DNA of 64,000 nt, from NCBI GenBank assembly GCA_030704615.1, contig CM060731.1, positions 95,666,001-95,730,000 on the forward strand, read 5' to 3'. The notes beneath the pieces were generated by a model. It did not search any database and was not told where the DNA came from. It saw only the letters and a program-made list of their open reading frames with translations. The DNA is from Takakia lepidozioides (lineage: Eukaryota; Plantae; Bryophyta). Shown here one piece after another: positions 22,401 to 33,583 of the stretch. The position numbers were made by a program, and so were the translations under genes. Position 1 is the stretch's first letter. The number at the start of each line of letters is the position of its first letter.

Positions 22401-25400
22401 TGGCAAACCACGTGGGTAAGCCAAGCCCAAAGGCCTATGCAAGAAGACCCTGTCAGTCAGACCTATGGTACAGTCAGCTGAATCGCATGCCTCATACCAG
22501 CGACCCTATGATAAATACCTGAATATTAGGAAGGAAGAACTCACCCTGCTAGATGAATCTGACGTGGAGGCTGAAGTGTCTAAGGCCATGTCAAAAGCAT
22601 GAAGAATGTCCGAACAAAACAATGTTAGGCATAAACTTCCCTGAACTCGTTTCCAGTTTGTGACATGGGTGAGGACTTTGAGGATGATCCGAAGGGCAGA
22701 CCTACCCTTGGCACTAGACTGAAAATTTAACCTCCGGATGGGGAGTCTACCTTTGAACAATAAACAGATGCAGAGAGGAAAGGGAGATTGTCGATGCTCA
22801 CTGGTGTGGGTGGCCTGAAGACAATGTCCATTTTGTGATACAAGTTTGGGGTATTCTCATCAGAGAGCGACCCTCTTCAGGACCATCAAGAACATAGTCC
22901 CTGCACCTCTGTTCACCAACTATCAATATCTCAAGGCTGAGTCTAAAGCGGTGGGCCCTGTTGGGGTCTCATTGCTTGGTAGCCCACATACAACAAAACT
23001 GATGAACGTGTGAAGGGCTTTCTAAAAGGAATCTGGAAAGCCTGAACTAATGTTTATAACACAGTAAGTCCTACTAATGGAGTGAGCCCCTCATTCTAAT
23101 GGCAGACAGTTAATTAACTGTCTAGAAGATCTTCAGCTTTTCACCTTGAATATCAGGACAAGAGGTGACCAAGTGCAGTGGACTCGTGAGAAATCCCAAA
23201 CTGGGGAACGCTCCATTGTGGATTATATCATAATGGACAAAAATTTGTTCCCCCAGTGTACGAATGTGTTGATCGACAGAACTGATATTGCTACCTCTGA
23301 CCAGTTCCTGGTTTGGAATGAGATCAAAAGGTGTTTTCCCAACACCAAGAGATATGTGAAACATTCGATTCGGAAGTGGTGCATAGAAAAACTTCATAAT
23401 GAGGAGGTCACGGTTGAGTATGTCCAGGCCTTGCAAGAGGCTCTCCCTCTCGATGCAATCGCTCCAAGAACTTCAGTCTCGCTCTGATAACGCAAGAAAT
23501 GAAGTTGAAAGAGCAGGGGACTCTTGGGAGAGTTTCGTTTCCTCCGTGGTTGACAAGATCATTGGGATGAAACTAATTGTCTGTGCTAGAGCTGTTAATT
23601 GGTGGACCAATGAGATTAAACTCAAGATAGCTGAGAGACGAGCCCTCTATAAAGAGTGCTGCAATTTGGAAACCAACAGAGAATTGTGGGCGAGGTACTA
23701 CCAGCTCCGTAAAGATATCAATCAGCTTGTTAGGTCTCAGAATCCTAAATTATACTGGGACAAGTTATATAGTGTTTGAAACTCGGAACTTTGGTGCAGA
23801 TCGCAAACCTGCTGATGGGTTGGGGAGTTTGCAGGGTGCTTTGCGCGCTTTCTCTTTGTTGGGGCTTCTTTCATCGTTTCCATCTCTGACTCCGAGCTGG
23901 TCTCATTCAAGTCTTCATGTGCGGCATAATCTTGGTCTCGCTGCAATTCTTGCTCTCGTGCCTCCTCTGTGTCTGACTCCGCTACCACCTGCGCTTCCTC
24001 CTCTTGCTCTACCTCTTTCTCCCGTTGTGACATTGCAGAGTGCAGGAGTTGAACTCTGTGACTTCGGCAAGGAGGACCTGTGTGTTTGAGGATTTCCTCA
24101 ACGAGGCGTTTAGGGCGACTCAATCTCGCTTCGACGCTGCAAAGAAGAAGAAGAAAGACAATGTCAGCAGCAGCAAAACCCTAACATATCCTCTCTGCAG
24201 GTTTGGAGCTTTTAATGCGGTTTCATGGCTAGGGCTAGGTAGGGCATATGAAAAAACGCAAGTTCGGACCTCTTTGCAATGTCATAGATCTTCAGTCGTG
24301 CGAAGAATGCCTTGTTCTCCGCTTGACGCTTTGCTCGTTCTACCTCCCTCGCTGTAGGCTTGCGCCCTGGTGTAACTTCTGGACACTCTATGTCTGTCTC
24401 CATTTCCTGACGAGTCTCACTCAGTCGCCAAGATGATCCCTCCTAGTGCCCATCGATTGCAAAGGCGGACACAAGCAGAACATGACGATGACAGATTATG
24501 GAAACTAGAGGAAGCGCGAGCAAGAAGACTGGGTCTTCGGAAAATTCTATGTCCATGCAATGCCTGTCATGGTGGGAACTGGCAAACCATTGGCCGGGCT
24601 AAGCGTCATCTGCTTTTGAACTTGCGAGATCAGTGCTGCAAATTGAAAACTAATAAAGAGTGCTGCAAATTGAAAACTAACAAAGAATTGTGGGCTAAGT
24701 ACTACCAGATCCGCAAAGATATCAATCAGCTTGTTGGAAAAACTGTTCCTATGATTTAAGACAACCCTGATGAATTGGAGTATATTTCAAAGGCTTACAA
24801 CGCTCCCATTAGTTCTTCTGAGATTGTGGAAGCAATTGAGCATTTAAACGGATATGAAGCTGGTGGACCTGATGGCATTGTCAACGAGCTTATCAAGCAC
24901 GGTGACGATCCCATGATAGAGACCCGTGTACTTCTATTTAACCTTATGATCCCCTTCCGCTGGCGACAGGGGGTCATTGTCAATCTTTACAAGAAAGGTG
25001 ACAGAGAAGAACCGGGGAACTACCGAGGCATCACGCTCCTCAATGCAGTTGGTAAGATATTTTGCAGAGTTATAAGTACTCCTCTCGAGGTTGATCTGGA
25101 ATCTAGAGGTTGTTTCCACGAAGGCCAAGCTGGCTTTTGCCGAAACAGGGGCTGTGTGGATCATATCTTCACTCTAAGCCAGATTATCCAGGGAAGGAAA
25201 AAAGAAGGGAAACCCACTTTTGTTTTTTCTTTGGATGTCAAAAAGGCTTATGACACAGTGTGGAGAGACGGTCTATGGCTCCGACTCTGGTCATGTGGGA
25301 TCAAGGGAAAGATGTGGAGAGTTGTCCATAACTTGTATGCTCACACCAAAAGTTGTGTCACTGTTAATGGACATGTCTAACTTCTTTGACATAGACCAAG

Positions 25401-25819
25401 GTGTAGCTCAAGGATGTACCCTCTCCCCTCTGCTCTTCAATGTTTTCATCAATCAACTCCTCGAGGATGTGGAAAGTGAGGGATTTGGGTTAAGGATGGG
25501 TGATGCCACCATACCAGCCCTTATGTTTGCGGATGGCTTCGCAGGCATAGGGGAGACTCCTTCCAATCTCCAGGAGTTGATTGATTGCATGAAGAGATAC
25601 TTTGACCTTTGGGGGCTAGAGGCTAATGTCAGTAAATGTGCAGTGGTGGCATTCAACGACAGAGGAGAGGGAGGAGGTGATCTCAAGTGGCAGTGGGGAA
25701 GCCAAGATATTCTGGTCCTCCCTCCCTACACATTTCTTGGTGTTGAGTTTTCCTCCAACTATAATTGGGATGCACTTATTCGGAAAGTTGTTCAAACTGG
25801 CAAGCGCAAAGCATGTTGA
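22400..25819 (+). mobile_element. Degenerate LINE (APE + RT), interrupted at about 23780-24632 and 3'-truncated
   Basis: SIVDYI...SDQ (APE); YRGITLLN, EGQAGF, LDVKKAYD, GVAQGCTLSPLLFN, FADG (catalytic DD altered); 5' boundary approximate. Confidence 0.88.
24433..24632 (+). pseudogene. CACTA transposase-associated zinc domain fragment lodged inside the LINE
   Basis: ILCPCNACHGG...AKRHLLLN matches the CPC..C...HL..NGF pattern at the start of TnpD. Confidence 0.65.
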
Positions 25820-27059
25820 CAAGGGTGTTGAGTAGAAACATATTTGGCGTGCACTTTGGATAATGTGAGTGTGCACCTGCTTTCTAGCTTAAGGCCTTTC
25901 ATCTTGATGCACTTATGCAAGAGACAGACATACGTATCTGAATCTGCTGAAATGCCTCCTTGGTTTAAAGTCGGTAGAGCCTCTTTCAGCTCACAAAGCA
26001 TATTCACATGCCCATAAGTGCCAGAAGAGGCATTGTGGACTCCCTCTCTTGATCCTCTTCCAGAAGCTGTGATCATGGTTGAGGTGCCTGACTTTATTAA
26101 CTGTGCCGCTGCAGCTATTGCCTTTGGCGATGCAACCATGCACCTCTTTGCATCTGGTAATCTGACAGGCATTCGCCTTGGTACAAGTCCAGCTCTGAAG
26201 ATGTCGCCATGTGGACCTCTTTCCCATTTTCCAAAGCTGCCAGGACAATGTGCAGATTGACATTTGGTACAATTCCAGCTTTGATGATATCCCCATGCAC
26301 CTCTTTGCCCTTCTCCAGGCCAGCTGCCAGGCTTGCACAAGCATTGCGAATGCACACAAACATGATGTGTTTCCCCCATCATTTGCTCATAGGTCTCCAA
26401 AGCCTCCATTCCATATCCCTGCTGTGCATACCCTGGAAGCACATCATATCGCACTCCACAATACCACATGTCGTTCAGCCATAGTGTCGAACACTCCCTG
26501 TGCATCCTAGATGCACCCACATTTTGCAAAAATGTCCAGCAGGGTATTGTTCAGAATGTCATCTGGTACAATTCCAGCTCTAAAGATGTCGCCATGCACC
26601 TCTTTCCCCATTTCCAAAGCTGCCAGGGCAGTGTTCAGATTGACATTTGGCACAATTCCAGCTTTGATGATATCCCCATGCACCTCTTGCCCTTCTCCAG
26701 GGCTGCCAAGCTTGCACGCACATTGCAAATGCACACAAACATGATGTGCTTCCCCCATCATTTGCTCATAGCTCTCCAAAGCCTCCATCCCACATCCCTG
26801 CCGTGCATACCCTGCAAGCATCACACTCCACGACACCACATCTCGTTCAGCCATAGTTTCAAACACTCCCTTTGCATCCTAGATGCACCCACATTTTGCA
26901 AAAATGTCCAACAGGGTATTGTTCATAATGTCATCTGGTACAATTCCAGCTCTAAAGATGTCGCCATGCACCTCTTTCCCCATTTCCAGAGCTGCCAGGG
27001 CAGTGTTCAGATTGACATTTGGCACAATTCCAGCTTTGATGATATCCCCATGCACCTCT
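25820..27059 (-). pseudogene. Decayed PLS-PPR fragments, inverted continuation of 15565-17408
   Basis: Same repeat units on the minus strand (MFETMAERDVVSWSVMLAGYARQG identical to ORF 17227); begins with AGA at the CACTA junction. Confidence 0.88.
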
Positions 27060-27400
27060 CACTACTACAGAAACCGGTTTTTCCAACACCACCCATAGTT
27101 CACACCTGGCACTTTGAACGGCTCTTCTTACACCCATGTGAGACGAGGCAAGGTGTGATTTGGATCATTGTAGGAAAAGCCACATGGTGTTACAAATTTC
27201 ACACTCGAATGACACCCATACGGTCAACAGATGTTGACCAAGATAATTCATATGGGGCATTTGACATGAGTGTCAAATGAGTCATGGAGTGTGAGGTGAG
27301 TGTCAGATGTCCTACAGGAATTTGGGGCAACTACATGGCGTGGCACATTGACCATCAAGGTGGAAGATGGATGGATAAAATGACTTCCACCTCTATTCAA
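27060..27400 (+). mobile_element. Second CACTA terminus, partner of 17409
   Basis: CACTACTACAGAAACCGGTTTTTCCAACA matches the 17409 terminus at 25 of 29 positions; flank TCT is the inverse of AGA; inner boundary approximate. Confidence 0.85.
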
Positions 27401-27974
27401 CATGCCCTGGACGACATAACACATAGACTTTTGTTTAGAGAATTTAAAAAGTTCAAAAAGGTTATTAGGGTTATGGGGACCAACAATCCAAAAAGATGCA
27501 CTGCTCATGCAGCTGACGACAATATCGTTATGAGAATGTCATACTATAATGAACAATGTAAAACAATTGCTTTGAGAAGCTATAGATAAAACTACCACAT
27601 GTCGTCTCAGAGATTTGGGAGCCCGGCAATGTCAATCCCATTTCTGTCCAGTCAACCGTGACCCTTCACAATGAGAAGTTGAGCTGAGCACGGATTTCAA
27701 TCTCTACTAGTCCAACCGTACTAGAGAAATATCCAGTGATCCTCAGACAAGGTTTTCTTCGCCACCTTACATAAATTGTTCCCAATGACTCAATCCCTGT
27801 CCACATTGTTGCTAGATTCGAGAAGCTTGGACAAAGTGCCTTGCTCTTTGTGACTGCCTCCTTTTTGAGACAGCAGGGTTTTTTTGCTACGGGTGTCCTT
27901 CACTCACAACCGTCTTTTTTACATTGCGTCCGGGATATCAATGATCACCCCAGCCTGAATTTTGCCCCACCCTA

Positions 27975-28001
27975 TCAAGCGCCAGTGTTTTTTAACTAGT
28001 G
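27975..28001 (-). mobile_element. Further CACTA-like terminus (different family or remnant)
   Basis: Reads CACTAGTTAAAAAACACTGG on minus and interrupts a PPR codon run (GTTGGAAAG then CACTAG). Confidence 0.5.
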
Positions 28002-29885
28002 CTTTCCAACTCGTCTACTGAGGGCCCCACTTTCTCCCCTTCGCTGGTACATGTCAAAATCACTCCAAGAGCCATAGTGTTGGAAAATTGCCTTCACATC
28101 CTTGATGCTCCCACATTTGGCATACATGTCCACGAGGGCATTGTTCAGAATCACATCAGGTAGAATTCCAGCTTTGACAATGAAGCCATGGACCTCTTTC
28201 CTTTTTCCAGAGCTGCCAGGTTTGCCCTTGATGCTCCCACATTTGGCATACGAGGCATTTGGCATACCCTTGATGCTCCCCACATTTGGATCGCATCTGT
28301 TACAATTCCAACTTTGGTGATGCATCCAAAGCTGCCAGACTTGCACACGCACTGCAAACGCACAATCTCGTTCAGCCATAGTGTTGAACACGCATCCTCA
28401 GTGCTCCCACATTTGCTATACATGTGTCCACCACCAGCTAACTTGCAAAATTCAACATGGAAATTTAGGCCGATTCTAATAAGAGGGAAAAACAGGGTGA
28501 AATGTGTTGAAGAAGGTGCCCTCATTGCCTGATTTTACCAATTGTGTCGCTGCTGCTGCGGCTTCCAGTTGACCATCTACCCATGCAGGTTTCTTGTAGC
28601 TATTCTCCCACAAGGAATCATAGGCAATGTTGTGCTTGAAATGTGGCCCTCACCGATGAATCTGGACCCACACTCTATCCCTGCTCCTTCAGCTATCCAT
28701 GCCTTTGCACAAATCATGCATACATCCTTGCCTTGCTGGTAGCAGCTGACAATAACAGCCTACATTTGTTCTAGGAAACACCCAACTCAACTTCTCAAAC
28801 TAGTTCATATGCTCAATTGCATCTGCTACTCTCTGTAATCCAACAGACATTCACCTTTTTGCCACAATTGGGCCACCATTGATTAGGGTCAGAAAAGTAT
28901 TCATGCCACAGCTTCATGACTGTTTAGGGTTCACTGTCACAAATGAAAGTGTGTTTGTCAGAATTCTGCCCACCCCAACAGCTCAGTCACTCCCACCCAT
29001 GTAAGGTACCATGCTGTATCAAGTATAAACCCTGGAAAAGTACATGCAATAGCAGAAACCAACTCTACACCATAGCACAACTAGCTTGGTACCTCCCATG
29101 TGGAGCTTGCCTCCGCCTTCTACCATTTTGCCTCTGCCTTGCAGGTGCATTCAAGTTGGCAATGGCCAATTCAGCAATTCAAAGGCTCCATCCCACTTCA
29201 CTGCTGTGCACATCCTGCAAGCATCGCGCTCCACGACACCACATCTTGTTCAGCCATGGTGTTGAACACTCCCTAAACTTGACCAAATCAGAAAAGTATT
29301 CATTCCACACCTTCTCCTCATCTCTTGTACCTGTTTCTGGATACTTTCCTGTTGTCACATTGGCAGTATCATGTCAAAGTCACTCCAATCTATCAAAGAT
29401 TCAGTCAACCAGCTAACTTGCATAATTCAACATGGTGATAAGGGGGAAAAACAGGCTGAAATGTGTTGAAGAAGGTGCCCTCATCGCCTGATTTTACCAA
29501 TTGTGCCGCTGCTGCTGCGGCTTCCAGTTGACCATCCACCCATGCAGGTTTCTTGTACCAATCCTTCCACAAGGAATCATAGGCAATGTTGTGCTTGAAA
29601 TGTGGCCCTCTTGGATGAATCTGGACCCACACTCTATCCCTGCTCCTTCAGCTATCCATGCCTCTCACAAATCATGCATACATCTTTGCCTTGCTGGTAG
29701 CAACTGACAATAACAGCCTACATTTGTTCAAGGAAACACCCAACTCAACTTCTCACACTAGTTCCTATGCTCAATTGCATCTGCTACTCTCTATAATCCA
29801 ACATGCATTCACCTTTTTCCCACAATTGGGCCACCATTGATTAGGGTCAGAAAAGTATTCATGCCACAGCTTCATGACTGTTTAG
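28002..29885 (-). pseudogene. PPR fragments and OSB-type PDF motif fragments
   Basis: LVDMYAKCGSIKD; PRGPHFKHNIAYDSLWKDWYKKPAWVDGQL; KLWHEYFSDPNQWW. Confidence 0.75.
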
Positions 29886-30131
29886 GGTTCACTGTCACAA
29901 ATGAAAGTGTGTTTGTCAGAATTCTGCCCACCCCAACAGCTCAATCACTCCCACCCATGGAAGGTACCATGTTGTATCAAGTCTAAACCCTGGAAAAGTA
30001 CATGCAATAGCAGAAACCAACTCTACACCATAGCACAACTGGCTTGGTACCTCCCATGTGGAGCTTGCCTCCGCCTCTACCATTTCGCCTCTGCCTTGCA
30101 GGTGCATTCAAGTTGGCAATGGCCAATTCAT
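28432..30131. repeat. Direct duplication of about 730 bp (28432-29173 and 29407-30131)
   Basis: Near-identical ORFs 28542/29501 and 28943/29901; shared ends CCAGCTAACTTGCA and AATGGCCAATTCA. Confidence 0.9.
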
Positions 30132-32870
30132 CTGCCTCACTCAAAGGAACACAAACAACAAGCTCAGTCATGATGTTATGAGGAAATTCAGGAGGCACCA
30201 TGCCTACATAAATGTCTCCCTCACCCAGTGCCACTTCTGTAATATCGTGAACCACTCGTCGGGATCGAGGGTCCTTGTGAAGGACCACCTTCCAGTTCCC
30301 TCGTGAACTTTTTTCATTCGAGAAAAAAACTTGCTCCACCTGACTAGGGAATGTCCAGGGCTGCTCCATCCCAGGCAACATGCGACTAAAGTCAACCAAG
30401 AGAAAGCCATAATCATCTCGTTTCATGGTGGCATTCCGGCCCACCATGTGTGACCTCACCCATGTACACAAGAACAGAATTGGGTGAAGAATTCCGTAAT
30501 CCAGTTGAATTATTTCTCTTACAACACCCACATATTCCAATTGGGATAACACTCGTCTGGACATACCTGCTCTGTTTTTGCTTTCCTGATGGAATACTTG
30601 AGCAACTCCAGAATCAAATGTCACCCTGTCTCTGGCGCCCGTCCCATCACTTATTGCTCGAAAGTGATTGCCGTAAGCATACATGGACTTGAAGCCCAAT
30701 GACTGTACTGCTGGTGGTATACATAAATGGCATATGTCCAAATCATAGGACTCACCCGAACTCACCTTGCGTTGGACAGCACCTTCAATCCATTCATGGA
30801 ATGGAGCCAGTAAGCACATATCTGTTGGGTATGGAATTTCTCCATTGTGGTGGTCTTGGTCTTGTCCACAAAGGTATGCTGTTCTGAACTCAGTGCGGGA
30901 TGCTTCTATGAGTGCCATCTCCTCTTCATAGGCCCTGTCCAAATGAGAATTGCAAATTAGGATTACAGCTTATACCATTGGCAGAAATGAAACACACAGG
31001 ATATGATAAGCAACATACTTACTCAAGGAATGGTTTCATGCAATCTGTGTTGTGCAAAATATACTCGTGTGCACTGTCTCGTTCTTGAATGGTGAGGACT
31101 CGTACAGTTCCCAATCCTTCAACCACCTCCCCACTAAGTGAGTCTTCTTCATTGGAGTCCCACACCCTTCGGCTTGTAGCATGAAATTCAGCCATATACT
31201 CAGTTAGAAACCCTAGGGCCTCATCCAAAGCATACCCTTCCGCCATGCTCCCTTCAGGTCGGCTCATATTCCTTACATAGCCTTTTAATGTCTTCATATA
31301 CCGTTCCATAGGATGCATCCAACGGCTAGACACGGGACCACACACCTCCAATTCGTCCACAAGGTGTACAAGCAAGTGAGTCATGATATCAAAAAATGAC
31401 GGAGGGAATTCTTTCTCCAGCAGACACATAGTGATTGCAACATCTTCTTTTAAGGTCGGTACCTCAGCTGGATTAATGATCTTTGCACACACTTTTTGGA
31501 AGACTCGAGAAAGCCTCATAATTGCCATCCATGGACCCTTTCCCAATACCCCTCGAATGCAAAGAGGTAAAATCTGCTGCATCATTACATGGTAGTCATG
31601 GGTTTTCATTGTAGACAGTTTATTGTCAGCCACATGTTTCTGGAATGTGGCAGCATAACCTGTGGCCTTTACTGCAGCCAATGTTTCCAAAAACAGCACC
31701 TTCTCATCTTCAGTAAGAACATATGGGGCAAAAGGCTTGACCAACTTGTTCGGGTGAGAGGGATGGGGTCTCAACCACAAGTGTTCATGAATGACATTGA
31801 GTTCCATATCCTTCCTAGATGTGGCTATGTCCTTCTCCCCAAGAATGGTTCTCAGCACATTCTCACACAATTTTTTTTCACAATGCATCACATCCAGTGT
31901 GTATCGGATGAGTAAGTCTTTCCAGTATGGCAATTGGTTCAAAACAGTGACCCGTTTCATGCCATGTTCCTTTGAAGGGTCCAGTTTTCCCCCCTCAGCC
32001 CCTCCCATTGCGAGATACAACTCTCTGGTTGTAGCCCGGTCAAATTGCTCACTTGCAGTGACCACCATAGGAGCTGCTCTATGTTCCACATGTCCATTAA
32101 AGTGGGACGAGTCTGGTGTCTTCGTACCCACCACATAACGACATGCCTGACATTTTGGACAAACCTCCAAATTTTGAAGCTCCCTTCTGAACAACACACA
32201 ACCTTTCGGACATGCATGTATACTCTCGTAATGAAGCCCGAGTTCCATTATGAGTTGTTTTGCCTCATAGTGGGACTTTGGCAGGCAATTGTCTGCTGGC
32301 AACAGTTGTCTTCCTAACAATGTAAGGAGTTCATCGACAAAGGTGTTTGACACACCATGGGTTTGACAAGCATTTAACAGCAGTAAGGTAGCAGACAATC
32401 GAGAGGAAGAACTCCCTACATACAAAGCCCTGGATGCCTCCTGCTCAAAACGTAAGGCACTCGCTGCACCACGATCACCATCGCTCTTCAGTCCACCATC
32501 AGTCTGCTCTGGCACTCCATCTGTGTCCCATTGGCCCTGTGTTCCATCTCCCGGTTCCTCATGTGCATCACCACTTTGCACCCCATTATCTGTAGTTGCG
32601 AATGTCTCCCGGAGCATTCTAAGCATGTCAAGATTACGATCCAAGGTATCAGGACCACCTGCAGGGCTGGTTTCCGTTCTAAAACCCTCATGTTCGTCTC
32701 CAGAGTTTTCCTGCTTATAAGCATATCAGCCCACATGTCAATCCACAATAAGATGGGGAGTTTAGGGTTGGAAATGGTGGATGTGGAACGTGCCATAATA
32801 CAGGCACGTGGCAATAGGAAAACGAGCATGTACAATACTCTACACCTTACAACAATCCCGCTACCAGGAA
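29983..32870 (-). pseudogene. CACTA TnpD transposase with in-frame deletion of the catalytic core; DUF4218- and DUF4216-like regions retained
   Basis: IHACPKGCVLF, CPKCQACRY, LDVMHCEK, FPPSFFDIMTHLLVHL, GPVSSRWMHPMERYM, PEGSMAEGY; YVGVVREI, PSQVEQVFF, WKVVL; intron about 30943-31022. Confidence 0.9.
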
Positions 32871-33570
32871 TTTGAACTGTTTCTTATAATTTCAAAGTAT
32901 GCATCAGGGTTAAGGGAAGAGAATCCATAGATATGCACCGGGAGTTCTTGCGGGGCATCATGGATACTCACCAAGTGTTCAACAAAATGCCTCAACGATC
33001 TTTCATCACGGGGAACACGATGCTTGCAGGGTGTGCATAGCAGAGGCATGGTATGGAGGCCTTGGAGAATGTGGTGAGGGCACCTTCTTCTTCGACCTAT
33101 TTCAGCTTGTTCTTCCCTCTCATCAGACTCGGCCCTGAATTTACATATTGAATTGTCAAGGACAATGTGGTGAGGGCACCTTCTTCTTCGACCTATTTCA
33201 GCCCATTTTGCCCTCTCATCAGACTCAGCCTTGAGATGCATATTGAATTCTGTAAGTTAGCTCGTTGGGTGGATCTCTGGTGGTTTGGAATGACTATGAC
33301 AAGTAACTGCCGATGTGGCAGCAGGAAAGTATCCAAAACAGATAACAGAGATGAGGAGAAGGTGTGGAATGAATACTTTGTTGACCCCAGTGAATGGTGG
33401 AACAACCGAGGCAAAAAGTTGAATGCCTATTAGATGACAGAGAGTAACAGATGCAATTCAGCATAGGAACTAGTGTGATTGGGTGTTTCCTAGGTTGTCA
33501 TTGTCAGCTGCTAGCAGCAAGGGCAAAGATGAATGCATGATTTGTGCAGAGGCATGGATAGCTGATGAGT
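32870..33570 (+). pseudogene. PPR / OSB-PDF motif fragments
   Basis: EEKVWNEYFVDPSEWWNNRGKKLN; DNA homologous to 16135-16190 and to the inverse of 28700-28900. Confidence 0.65.
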
Positions 33571-33583
33571 AGCTGAATGCCAC

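Noticed and set aside
27060-28001. A single 940-bp CACTA MITE
   Set aside because: The flanks TCT and CTT do not form a TSD, and the termini differ after 5-7 bp. The 27060 end pairs with 17409 instead.
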